Shown here in pieces: positions 49,331 through 59,302 of a stretch of DNA of 64,000 bases. The DNA comes from an uncultured delta proteobacterium (GTDB lineage Bacteria; Desulfobacterota; RBG-13-43-22). Position numbers and translations under genes: made by a program. The notes under the pieces are model-generated. The model made no database searches. It was not told the DNA's origin and saw only the letters and a program-made list of their open reading frames with translations. Location: positions 64,001-128,000 of the forward strand of contig CAWJJC010000027.1 of the NCBI GenBank assembly GCA_963843145.1, given 5' to 3'. The stretch's first letter is position 1. Each line of letters begins with the position of its first letter.

Positions 49331-50524
49331 ATGAGAATCCATTTCACGAAGCGTTGGCTGGTAATGGGACTGATCTTGGCCCTGGGCTGGGGAACAAGCT
49401 GGGCCGCCCCGGCGATCAAGCTGGGCGCCCAGGCTCCGCAGTCAGGCAGTCTGGCGAAGCACGGCATCGAACAAATCAAAGGGATCCGTTTGGCCGCCGA
49501 AGAGTTTGAAAAGAAAACCAAGATCAAGGTTGAGCTGCTGGTTTATGACGATGAAAGCAATCCCCAGAAGGCCGTGTCGGCGGTGGAAAAATTAGCCGGC
49601 GTAGATAAGGTGCAGGCCATTGTGGGCGGTTATGGGTCCAACCTGGTTGGTCCGGCCTCGGAAGCCGCCGAACGGTATAATACCCCCTACCTTACTACCG
49701 GAGCGGTGGATACCAAGCTCACGGCCAAGAAATTCAAGAATTTCTTCCGGCTGAACAATATGCCCGGCTATGCCGCGGCACAAGCCGGAGCCATCAAAAC
49801 CCTCTTGGCGGCCAAGAAAGTCGGGGTGCTATACAACAGCCTGGCTGCTACCACGGAGATCGCCGAAGCGGTTAAAGACCAATTGCAGAAGGCCGGGGTG
49901 GAGGTTCCGGTCTTTGAAAAATTTGAAAAAGGCACCACCAACTATAAACCCATGTTGTTAAAAGTCCGGGATGCCGGCTGCGAAGTCCTGTTGGTGGAAG
50001 GCTATTTCCCGGATTACGTGGGGACCATTAAGGATGCCAAGATCCTCAACCTACCGGTCAAGGCCTATGTCGGGGCCTGGGGGATCGGCACCCCGGAATT
50101 TGTCCGGGAACTGGGGCCCATGAGCGAATATATCTACGGCACCTCGATCTGGGAGATGGGCACCGCCCCTAAGGAGGCCAAGAAGGAAGAGGCCGAGGTG
50201 GCGGCCAGCTACAAGGCAAAGTATAAGGAAGACCCTTCGTATATCGCCATGCTCGGATATCTCTCCGCCAAATACATGCTCGAGGCCATCGTACAGGGGG
50301 GCGGCAAAACCGGAAGTTACAGCCCGGAAAAAACCCGGAACGCCCTACGGGCACTGGATACGGTGAGCCCCTTAGGCCGGGTGGCTTTCGATGAGAAAGG
50401 GGACCCGCGTTTTTTCACCGCCGTCTTGTTTCAGACCCAGAAGGGGGAACAAGTAGTGGTTTATCCCAAAGATCGGGCCACGGGAAGCGTTCACTACCCG
50501 GGCGTTCCCTGGGGAGGGAAATAG
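49331..50524 (+). CDS. ABC transporter substrate-binding protein (LivK/LivJ-like)
   Basis: Signal peptide and periplasmic binding protein type 1 pattern (DDESNP, GGYGS, G.VAFD..G). Confidence 0.88.
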   Translation: MRIHFTKRWLVMGLILALGWGTSWAAPAIKLGAQAPQSGSLAKHGIEQIKGIRLAAEEFEKKTKIKVELLVYDDESNPQKAVSAVEKLAGVDKVQAIVGGYGSNLVGPASEAAERYNTPYLTTGAVDTKLTAKKFKNFFRLNNMPGYAAAQAGAIKTLLAAKKVGVLYNSLAATTEIAEAVKDQLQKAGVEVPVFEKFEKGTTNYKPMLLKVRDAGCEVLLVEGYFPDYVGTIKDAKILNLPVKAYVGAWGIGTPEFVRELGPMSEYIYGTSIWEMGTAPKEAKKEEAEVAASYKAKYKEDPSYIAMLGYLSAKYMLEAIVQGGGKTGSYSPEKTRNALRALDTVSPLGRVAFDEKGDPRFFTAVLFQTQKGEQVVVYPKDRATGSVHYPGVPWGGK

Positions 50525-50559
50525 ATCTAAAAGGCCGGTTTTGCAAAAGACCCCCCGGC

Positions 50560-50639
50560 CGTCATTGCGAGCGAAGCGAAGCAATCCCCCATAGCTGATT
50601 CTTGGGGATTGCTTCGTCGCTTCACTTCTCGCAATGACA
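50560..50639. repeat. CGTC/RPE-type palindromic element
   Basis: gtcattgcgagcgaagcgaagcaatcc...ggattgcttcgtcgcttcacttctcgcaatgac. Confidence 0.8.
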
Positions 50640-50659
50640 GACTTTTCGACTTTTTTTTG

Positions 50660-50718
50660 ATTTTGAAATTTGGTCATTTGGATTTGTTTCGGATTTTGAT
50701 ATTCGGATTTCGAATTTG
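50660..50718. repeat. Degenerate heptamer tandem repeat (TTCGGAT/TTCGAAT units)
   Basis: tttgaaatttggtcatttggatttgtttcggattttgatattcggatttcgaattt. Confidence 0.55.
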
Positions 50719-50773
50719 AACCAAGGCTTCCCTATTTTTTGATTCGTATTATGAAGGGTAAAGGACAAAAACC

Positions 50774-51646
50774 TTGATCTCCGGCGCCACTGTCATACAA
50801 TCCGTGTTGTCCGGCCTGTTGGAAGGGGGCAATTATGCCCTCTACAGCCTGGGCCTGGCCTTCGTCTTTGGCATCATGCAAATTATTAACATGGCCCACG
50901 GGGAATTCCTGGTTCTGGGTGGCTATGTCGCTTATTGGCTCCTGGTTAAAGCGGGCCTCAACCCCCTGCTCTCCCTGCCGTTCGCGGCCCTCCTGGCCGG
51001 CGGGGTTTCTTTCGCCAACTACCGTATTTTTCTTCAGCGGATTCGCACCACCGTGGAACTCAATACCCTGATCCTGACCTTCGGCATCGGGATCCTGCTC
51101 TCCAACCTTTATCTGCAGCTTTGGTCGGCAGATATCCGCAATATCAGCGTACCGTGGATGGAAAATCCTCTGGGACTGGGCGGGGTGTATATCAGCCTGG
51201 GGGAAATCATCGCCTTTCTGATCTCCTTTTTCGCGGTTCTGGCCCTCTACCTTTTCCTGCGCAGGACCAAGCTGGGGAAGGCCATTCGGATCACGGCCAT
51301 TGACCGCGACGCGGCGGCCCTGGCCGGGATCAATGTGGAAAGGGTGGACCTGCTGGCCTTCAGCATCGGGGGAGCGCTGGCCGGTTTGGGGGGGCCGTTG
51401 CTGGGCATGCTGTCTTTTGTCAGCCCGGGAACCGGCATCGGGATTACCGTCAAGGCCTTTATTCTGACCGTTTTGGCCGGGGTGGGCTCCATCCCCGGAT
51501 TGATCGTAGCCGGGATGATCCTGGGCGTGGGAGAAGCGTTGACCGTCACCTTCATCAGTTCCTCTTTCCGGGAACTTTTCGGTTTCACCCTCTTTTTGGT
51601 CATTTTACTGCTTCGGCCCTCCGGGTTGTACGGCCAGAGGGCTTAA
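50774..51646 (+). CDS. ABC transporter permease (LivH-like)
   Basis: INMAHGEF, TKLGKAIR..A.D..AA.LAGI, LLLRPSGL. Confidence 0.9.
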   Translation: MISGATVIQSVLSGLLEGGNYALYSLGLAFVFGIMQIINMAHGEFLVLGGYVAYWLLVKAGLNPLLSLPFAALLAGGVSFANYRIFLQRIRTTVELNTLILTFGIGILLSNLYLQLWSADIRNISVPWMENPLGLGGVYISLGEIIAFLISFFAVLALYLFLRRTKLGKAIRITAIDRDAAALAGINVERVDLLAFSIGGALAGLGGPLLGMLSFVSPGTGIGITVKAFILTVLAGVGSIPGLIVAGMILGVGEALTVTFISSSFRELFGFTLFLVILLLRPSGLYGQRA

Positions 51647-51659
51647 ACAATACTAATTA

Positions 51660-51825
51660 TTAACAGTCTCAGAATAGAATCGACTATCTCGAGGTTCTCT
51701 TATCGTCATTCCCGCAACGTTTCTGGGCGGGAATCCAGCCCCGGTCTGGTACGATTCTGGATCCCCGATAAAGACACTCGGGGATGACGGTCGGTGTTAT
51801 GTCGAGACAATCATGAGACCCTTAA
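51660..51825. mobile_element. MITE-like element (TTAA..GTCTCA termini) carrying a CGTC palindrome
   Basis: Left end ttaacagtctcagaatagaatcgac, right end gtcgagacaatcatgagacccttaa. Internal cgtcattcccgc...gggatgacg (51704-51789). Same termini as 58780-59100. Confidence 0.65.
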
Positions 51826-51870
51826 TAGGTATTTAGTTTAAATCCGAAATTTTGAATTTAGGAATTTTCA

Positions 51871-52842
51871 ATGACCTGGAAACCTTTAGGGGAAATCAGT
51901 GAGAAAACCGCCGCGTTCCTGACCTTCGCCCTGGTCCTGCTCCTGCCGCTGCTTCTTTCATTTAATCCCTACTACCTGAGCATTTTCATCGCCGCCCTGA
52001 TCCTGGGATCTGTTTCCCTGGCCTGGAATTTTCTAGCTGGGGTTTGCGGACAGGTTTCCTTTGGACATGCGGCTTTTTTCGGTATTGGGGCCTATACCTC
52101 CTCGCTGCTGGTGATGAAAGGCGGCTGGAACCCTCTGCTGGCCATGGTGGGAGCGGCTTTTAGTGGGGTGTTGGGTGGTTTAGTGATCGGGTTCCCGGCC
52201 TTTCGACTCCGAGGGCCTTATTTTGCTTTGTCTATTCTGGGCTTCGCGGAAGTACTCAAACTGCTCACCTTAAATCTGACCGGTTTAACCGAGGGTTCCC
52301 AGGGCCTTTTTAATATCCCTTCCCTGCCGACGATCCACTGGGGAGGCCTGACCCTTGATTTTTATATCTCCCGGACCACTAATTACTATTTGGCGGCCCT
52401 TTTGATGCTGGCGGTCTACCTGTTTCTCTACGCCCTGCGCTACTCCAACACCGGCCTGGCCATGTCGGCGGTCCACGGGGATGAGGAAACGGCCGCCGGT
52501 ATCGGGGTGCCGGTGTTTCGGACCAAACTCCTGGCTTTGTCGGTGTCCGCCTTCTGCACCGCCTTAATGGGCGCTTTCTACGCCCATTATGTCCATTTCC
52601 TGAGTCCGGATTCGGCCTTCGACGGCGCCTGGTCGGTTATGCCCATTGTGGCCTCGCTCTTTGGAGGAATGAGCACCCTCATCGGACCCAGTATCGGCGC
52701 ACTCCTGATCACCGGCCTGGATGAATTTGTTTTCAAATATTTTTTTGAGACCGGCCATAAGCTTTTTTTCGGACTCCTTTTGGCGGTGGTCATTGTCTGG
52801 GCACCCAAGGGATTGTTGGGGAAATCGATCAGAAAAGAATAG
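51871..52842 (+). CDS. ABC transporter permease (LivM-like)
   Basis: GQVSFGHAAFFGIGAY, RLRGPYFAL, PKGL. Confidence 0.9.
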   Translation: MTWKPLGEISEKTAAFLTFALVLLLPLLLSFNPYYLSIFIAALILGSVSLAWNFLAGVCGQVSFGHAAFFGIGAYTSSLLVMKGGWNPLLAMVGAAFSGVLGGLVIGFPAFRLRGPYFALSILGFAEVLKLLTLNLTGLTEGSQGLFNIPSLPTIHWGGLTLDFYISRTTNYYLAALLMLAVYLFLYALRYSNTGLAMSAVHGDEETAAGIGVPVFRTKLLALSVSAFCTALMGAFYAHYVHFLSPDSAFDGAWSVMPIVASLFGGMSTLIGPSIGALLITGLDEFVFKYFFETGHKLFFGLLLAVVIVWAPKGLLGKSIRKE

Positions 52843-52896
52843 GATTTTACACCGCAAAGATCGCTAAGGACGCAAAGAACAGAAAGGAAACCTCTT

Positions 52897-54464
52897 TTGA
52901 AACGCCCCTCCATTACCATTCCTGCCGGAATCCCTGACCTTCCCGCTTCGCCGGGCTGCCGTCTCCTTTCCGGAAAAAACAGCGGTCATTTCTCCCGAAG
53001 CGGGCGGACGGGAAGTATCCTATCGCTGGCTGGAAGACCATTCCTCCATCCTGGCGGCCTCTCTGGAACGGCTGGGGGTGGCCCCCGGAGACCGAGTGGG
53101 GCTCTGGCTCAAGAACAGCCTGGAATACATCCTGGCTTTTTACGGGATTTTAAAGGCCGGCGGAGTCGTCGTCCCCATCAGCACCCATTACCGGAGCCGG
53201 GAGGTTCTGCACCAGTTGAATACCACTGAAGCCAAAGGGTTGATCGCCCAGGCCGGTCTGCTGGGCACCCTGGAGGAGCTTTCCGCGGGGCATACGGGAC
53301 CTGGGTTTTCTAGTGACCGAAGGACAAGAAAAACCGCAATCCGGGGCCATTTCCTTTTCTTCCCTGCTTCAGGGTCCGAAAGGCCCCGACCGATCCATGG
53401 GACTTGATCCCCAGGAAACACTGGCCGTTCTTCCTTTCTCCAGCGGCACCACCGGACTGCCCAAAGGGGTGATGTTGACCCACCAAAACTTGTTGAGCAA
53501 TCTCTTCCAGGTCGTCCGGGCCCATGGGGTCCATGATGGCGATCTCTTTATCAACCAGCTCCCTTTTTTCCATATTTACGGGATGACTGTCCTCATGGGG
53601 GCCGCCATCCTGGCCGGGGCGACCCAGGTGGTAGCCAGCCGCTTCCGCCCGCTGGATGAATTTCTGGCATTATTTAAAACTTTCCGCCCTACCCTCTTCT
53701 TTACCGTCCCCCTGATCGTCCAGGAATTCTGCCAGGACCCGCAGGTCCCGACCATGGATTGGAGCCGGCTGCGCTATATCAACACCGGCGGCGCGCCCCT
53801 CTCCCCCGAGATCCAGGAACGATTCACCCGGATCACCGGGGTGCCGGTCATGCAGGGGTATGGGTTGACGGAATCCTCCCCCACCACCCATGTCAATCCC
53901 CTGGACCGGATTAAGGTGGGCTCCATCGGCTGGCCCCTGGCCAACACCGAGGACAAGATCGTCAACCCGGGGACCGGGATGGAACTCCCCCCCGGAGAGG
54001 TGGGAGAGCTCTGGGTCCGAGGCCCCCAGATAATGAAAGGCTACTACCAGGACCCGGAGTCTACGGCCCAGACCCTGGTGGACGGCTGGCTCCGAACCGG
54101 CGACCTGGCCCTGAAGGATGAAGAAGGCTATGTCTATATCGTCGACCGTCTGAAAGAATTAATCAAGTGCAAGGGCTTCCAGGTGGCCCCGGCGGAAATC
54201 GAGCATGTCCTGGTGGGACATCCGGCGGTCCAGGACGCCGCTGTCATTGCGGAAGCCCATCCGGACTTTGGCGAGGTCCCGGTGGCCTATGTGGTCCTGC
54301 GGTCCGAGGCCGAATGCACCGCGGAAGACCTGATCGAATACGCCGCCAATGGCCTGGCCAAGTACAAACGACTTGCCCGCGTGGTATTCATCGACGCCAT
54401 CCCCCGCAGCCCTTCCGGCAAAATTCTCCGCCGCGTGCTAAAGAACGGTCATACCTCAAGCTGA
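52897..54464 (+). CDS. AMP-dependent acyl/aryl-CoA ligase, split by two +1 indels
   Basis: FSSGTTGLPKG, QGYGLTE, WLRTGD, DRLKELIK, SGKILRR. Removing single Gs at ~52927 and ~53288 gives one continuous protein. Confidence 0.85.
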
Positions 54465-54923
54465 ACAGATTAATACGATTGGAATGGTAAGGGTTCGGTG
54501 ATCCGTGGTGAGGGCTTCTTCCTGAAGTCTTGTTTTTGAAATTTGGTCCAACCTGCAAGATTTCTAACTCTAATTGTTGGCGTCCATCCCCAATTAAATG
54601 GCCCCCCAAGGATAAGAAACCCTATTTACTTTTCTTAGAATTGTGTATATTTCTTTGAATTCCAAGGCCAATTCAATCAGGTAACCCGTCATCCAGTTTC
54701 GCCCCTATCCCTATAAAGAGGCACCAGATGGGAGATTTAAGGAAACCCCATTTCTAAACCGAGAGTAAGAACCCTTACGTCCCGAAGAGCTAGTCCGCAG
54801 GGGTTCCCCCTCCCAGGGAGGGTTTATATGGTGGCAGATAAGGGGGGGGAGAGTTTGGAAGAGATGGAAAAGGCTAAGGGAATACGAAAATCTAAATATA
54901 AAATAGCACAAAGGAGGGGCACG

Positions 54924-55844
54924 ATGAGCAACCAGAGCAGGTGGGCAGGCATTGTAATGGGGGTGGTCATGGGGTTGTTGTTTTCGGGAGTCGTCGTATT
55001 GGCAGGGAACCTGGAACCCAGCGGGGGGCCGACTCAAGCCGGTTCGCAGATGTACACCATTGAGCAAATCTATGAACGGCTGAATACCGGCGCGGCGGGG
55101 AGCAAGATGACGTACTTCACCGAGCCAAGCAGCGGGCCAGCGGGTACGGGCCGCACCCTGGTTGAAATCATGGAGAAATTGCCGGCCCTAGATGATGACA
55201 ACGGCGCCGGTCCGGCCAACGTAGCCGAAGGAAAGACATACTGGGGGCTCACCAGCGGACAGTGGGGATTGAAGTCCGGTTCAATGTTGCCTACGGTTGG
55301 GGTTTCCAGGACCGGGCAGACCACGGGGTATGGACCAGGAGATGACGGCGACCTCCAAAAAGGTGTGGTCTGGCCGAATCCAAGATTTACGGATAACAAT
55401 AATAATGGGACGGTAACCGATAACCTGACCGGTCTGATCTGGCTGAAGAATGCTAATTGCATGGATATGGTGGGGGGAATAGCTAAAAGCTCAGGGAGGC
55501 TTACTTGGGCCGATGCGCTGACCTGGTCCAATAATTTGGCAACCGGAAACTGCGGCCTCACTGATGGTTCGACTGCCGGCCAATGGCGGCTGCCGAATGT
55601 GCGTGAAATGCAGAGTCTGCCTGATTATGGTTTTTTTAGTCCGGCTTTGTGCAACACGGATGGATCAGCAAAGTGGTCGGAGGGTGCTCCGTTTACGGGC
55701 GTTCAGTCGGATTACTACTGGTCGAGCACTACGTTCGCGAGCAGTACGAACACCGCGTGGCACGTGGACCTGAGCGCCGGCGGCGTGTATCAAAACGATA
55801 AGAATGTTACGGACCTCGTGTGGCCCGTCCGCGGCGGACAATGA
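54924..55844 (+). CDS. Secreted DUF1566 (Lcl C-terminal) domain protein
   Basis: AGGAGG RBS, signal peptide, TGQT..Y..GDDG, GTVTDNLTGLIW, WRLPN..E, YWSST, VWPVRGG. Confidence 0.88.
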   Translation: MSNQSRWAGIVMGVVMGLLFSGVVVLAGNLEPSGGPTQAGSQMYTIEQIYERLNTGAAGSKMTYFTEPSSGPAGTGRTLVEIMEKLPALDDDNGAGPANVAEGKTYWGLTSGQWGLKSGSMLPTVGVSRTGQTTGYGPGDDGDLQKGVVWPNPRFTDNNNNGTVTDNLTGLIWLKNANCMDMVGGIAKSSGRLTWADALTWSNNLATGNCGLTDGSTAGQWRLPNVREMQSLPDYGFFSPALCNTDGSAKWSEGAPFTGVQSDYYWSSTTFASSTNTAWHVDLSAGGVYQNDKNVTDLVWPVRGGQ

Positions 55845-55892
55845 AGATAATTGGGTTATTTGATCTTTTATGGGAGTGCAGGGGGGCATGCC

Positions 55893-55917
55893 CCCGCCCG
55901 CTGGGCGGGATTTTTTT
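55893..55917 (+). terminator. Rho-independent terminator
   Basis: cccgccc-gct-gggcggg-a followed by a T run. Confidence 0.65.
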
Positions 55918-56038
55918 GGAGTTAAGGCATGGTGTTCTCACAGAAGTTAGCTGATCAGTACCGCGAGTTGAAGAGCGCGGTGGCGGCTTGAAGTTGCAGA
56001 TGTAAATATCGACAAACCATAGCAAGGGAGGTTTTTAC

Positions 56039-56587
56039 ATGATCTACACAACACCGAAACCGATATGGCCAGTAGCGTTGTTCGCGGCCGTTGTCCTGGC
56101 CCTGCTGGGTATGTACCAGATAGGTTCAGCCGCGAGTATGGACCCTACGGCCAAATGGGCCTGGAGTACGAATGCGAGCTGGATCGATTTCAACCCCACC
56201 GTCGGTGGAGAGGTAGCCGTGTATGGGGATCACCTGGAAGGGTACATCTGGGCCGAGAACGTCGGCTGGATTCGGCTGGGAACTCATACCAGCGGCAGCC
56301 CCTATACCTATGGCAACACCGATGCCACCAATTACGGGGTCAACCGCGATTCCAGTGGCAGTTTGTTAGGCTATGCCTGGGGCGCCAATGTGGGCTGGAT
56401 CAACTTTGCCCCCACCGGAGGCGGGGTGACCATCGACCCGCAGACCGGTGCCTTTGCCGGTTACGCCTGGGGGGAGAACGTGGGCTGGATCAGTCTCAAG
56501 GGGGGCAGCGGACCCACGGCCTACGGGGTGGTCACCGATTTTCGTAATTTCCAAATCTATCTGCCATTGGTTCTGAGACCGTCGTGA
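56039..56587 (+). CDS. Secreted protein with repeated G-Y-A-W-x-E-N-V-G-W-I motifs and a C-terminal YLPLVLR
   Basis: GGAGG RBS, signal peptide, four WAW/YIW/YAW...WI repeats, ends FQIYLPLVLRPS. Confidence 0.8.
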   Translation: MIYTTPKPIWPVALFAAVVLALLGMYQIGSAASMDPTAKWAWSTNASWIDFNPTVGGEVAVYGDHLEGYIWAENVGWIRLGTHTSGSPYTYGNTDATNYGVNRDSSGSLLGYAWGANVGWINFAPTGGGVTIDPQTGAFAGYAWGENVGWISLKGGSGPTAYGVVTDFRNFQIYLPLVLRPS

Positions 56588-56622
56588 GAATTTAGCGGGA
56601 AACACCTATTGAACCACTCAGA

Positions 56623-56659
56623 GAAGAGGGCAGGATTCAGAAATGGCCCTGCCCTCTTT
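56623..56659 (+). terminator. Terminator-like hairpin
   Basis: aagagggcagg...cctgccctcttt. Confidence 0.55.
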
Positions 56660-57146
56660 GTACAGTTCGATCGGTAATCGTTATCAAGTTGGCAGGAGAT
56701 TTAAACCATAGGCGGACAAATAAGAGACTCACACCCAAACCCAAAACCCTCGAACTTCAGATAGACTACTCGGATTCCCAGCTTCCTTTCTACGAGGATG
56801 CCTTTGACCTGGATTTTGGGGTTTCCGCGGCTCCATCGGCTCCCTGAGCTAAGAGGTCCGCCGGAGGCCCAGGGTGTATACCATTTTTCGTAGTCGCCCC
56901 CCTCGTTTTCCCTTTTCCCAACAACGGGCAACGTCCAAGCCTCCAACCCCCCTTTTTTTTCGGAAGACCCCCATTGTACCCTTGCTTTGGACCCAATTTT
57001 CTTATTGACCCGGTATTATTATTATTTTAAACTCTTTCCAGCTAAAAGAAACTTCTTATCATTGAGACAGACGAATTCTTCAAGGGGATGAAGGCAATTC
57101 CCACGGAATGCCCATCCCCGATTCTTTCTTACGAGGAGCAAAGGAC

Positions 57147-58234
57147 ATGCGTCACCATCGATTGGCGGATTGGTTCAGATCAAGTTCAGGTTGGGCGCGC
57201 AAGCAAGCCCTCAGGCGCCCGAATCCAATCATGAAAACCGGGCTGCGCGCAGCGATGATTCTACTTACATTCGTCTTGGTACAGAACATGGTACCCGCGC
57301 AGGTCGCGGCGGCTCCCAGTCTTGTGCTAATTGCTCAGAGCGATTCGATGGTGGCGGTGGTTGGAACGACGAACGTGAACGACCAAAATTTCGGGGGAGT
57401 CTCCCTCGCGTGTCCTGCGGGCAAGGTGGCGGTCGGGGGCGGGATAGACCCCAGTAATGTACTCACCGAGTTTGTCACTTCTTCCGGTCCGACGTGGGGG
57501 GGGTAACCGGCTCCTCTTGCAGCCCGTGGGCGCCAATCCGGCTCCCGACGGTTGGGAGGCATACATTAGAAACGACTCTGGCGCCACGGCGCCGGTCAAC
57601 GTCGCCGTGATCTGTGTGACTAGTTCTTCGGTAAGCAGTGTTGTTGGAACGACGAACGTGAACGACGGCGATTATGGTGTGGTTTCCCTCGCCTGCCCTG
57701 CGGGCCAGGTGGCGGTTGGAGGCGGGATAGACCCCAGTAATGTGTTCACCGAGTATGTCACTTCTTCCGGTCCGACGTGGGGGGGTAACCGGCTCCTCAT
57801 GCAACCCGTTGGCGCCAATCCGGCTCCCGACGGTTGGCAGGCAAGCATTTTTAACTTCTCTGGTACCAGGGCGCCGGTCAAGGCCGCCGTCATCTGTGTG
57901 ACTAGTTCCTCGGTAAGCAGTGTCGTTGGAACGGCCAATGCGAACGACCACACTTTTGGTGTGGTTTCCCTCGCATGCCCTGCGGGCCAAGTGGCGGTTG
58001 GCGGCGGGATAGACGCCCAGGGTTTGTTGGAGGAGCATGTCACTTCTTCCGGTCCGACGTGGGGGGGCAACCAGCTCCACTTGCAGCCCGTGGGCGCCAA
58101 TCCGGCTCCGACGGTTGGCAGGCAAGCATTCTCAACGGTCTGCCCCGCCGCCGTTCAACGTCGCCGTGATCTGTATGCCAGCAGCGAATTCGACAGCGGC
58201 GCAATCTATCTTCTTGCCGTTGATCGTGAGATAA
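57147..58234 (+). CDS. Secreted protein with three 94-aa tandem repeats (CPAG..AVGGG) and a C-terminal IFLPLIVR; frameshifted
   Basis: DNA repeat units start at 57360, 57643 and 57925 (periods 283 and 282 bp). Unit 1 has G8 where the other units have G7, and unit 3 lacks a C at ~58108. Confidence 0.75.
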
Positions 58235-58304
58235 AGACTGGAGTACCCTTCTGTACAAGATACGGCTGGTAAATGCACGTCTAGACCTTATCTAATGTAC
58301 AAAC

Positions 58305-58351
58305 AACAAAAGGAGAGAGAAGATTATGTCTTCTCTCTCCTTTTTTTGTTT
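58305..58351 (+). terminator. Rho-independent terminator (possibly bidirectional)
   Basis: aaaaggagagagaaga-ttatg-tcttctctctcctttt. Confidence 0.85.
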
Positions 58352-58441
58352 CTTGGAATAGATGAGTGCGACAAGGGTTACTTGCTGTTTGGCGGTTCTG
58401 CCCCCCGTGAGCGTGTCTTTTGTTTAGAATAGCTTTGCCAA

Positions 58442-58650
58442 AAGGTAAAATCACTCCCGATCATATTCACCTGCTGAAATCCTGGAAGCATTTCGGATTC
58501 AGGTCTTTTGCGGCCCCCGCATCCTGCCCAGAAAAAGCTGCCATGGCCTCCGGCTCGTAAAGGCATGCCTACGCCTCGGAGAGAAAACCTGGCCCGCTAT
58601 ATCATCCGGGCTTCTTTCTCTCAGGAACGAATGACCTATCTGCCGGAACC
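58442..58650 (+). mobile_element. IS91-family (Y2) transposase remnant
   Basis: Fragments GKITPDHIHLLKSWKH-GF-VFCGPRILP and ENLARYIIRASFSQERMTYLPE, with indels and a short inserted hairpin. Confidence 0.7.
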
Positions 58651-58779
58651 TGTCGAGAGGTAAAGGCAATTTAGGCAGGATGTCGGCGCCTGCTCCCTTG
58701 AATCCTAATTTTTAGGCCTTGGGACGCCAAGGAAAATTTCAATATAAATTCTGCGACGGCTTCTGAAAACCGGGACTTA

Positions 58780-59100
58780 TTAACGGTCTCAAAATAATAT
58801 TGACTGGATTCTTTAACGCTGCCAAGTCACAACCAAAGAAAAAAGACGACCTCTCACAGAGTGCACAGAGATCGCAGAGAAATATTATTTATGATTGCCG
58901 CTGAGAGGCCGGCAATCATAAAAAGTCTCCCGCTCCGCGAATAAGACCCCGCCGGAGGCGTGAGTTGTTTTGAAAAATCGGCGTCTCAGCGATATTTCAA
59001 AAAAGAGATTCGTCTTTCTCTGCGCTCTCGGCGAACTCGAGCGAAGCGGGCGAGAGATAAAAAGAACAACCCGTGTATAGACAATTATGAGACTATTTAA
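58780..59100. mobile_element. MITE-like element (TTAA..GTCTCA termini) with nonamer-repeat cargo
   Basis: Left end ttaacggtctcaaaataatattgac, right end gtatagacaattatgagactatttaa. Internal cacagagtgcacagagatcgcagaga, tctctgcg.. and atgattgccg..cggcaatcat palindromes. Confidence 0.65.
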
Positions 59101-59302
59101 AAGTGTCCTGTTCCTTCTTTCTATAATTCAAACAGCTTTAAACTCAACAGGCGAGCACTGTGCAAGATTCGCAGAATGATGACCCTGGAACAATCGATTC
59201 TGAAAACGGTAACCATAATCGGACGGACGGTCTGGTGCATTTGTCTAAAGGCGAAATATAAATTTTAACTTATTCCGTAAATAGTGTTAGAATGATTTTA
59301 TT

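Noticed and set aside
50372-50677. 101-aa minus-strand ORF containing VIARSEATKQS
   Set aside because: It is a translation of the palindromic repeat running antisense into the binding-protein gene.
54660-54830. Riboswitch upstream of the DUF1566 gene
   Set aside because: No recognisable aptamer consensus by eye. An Rfam scan would be needed.
54924-55844. DUF1566 gene as a diversity-generating retroelement target
   Set aside because: No reverse transcriptase and no template-repeat copy of the 3' region were seen in the window.
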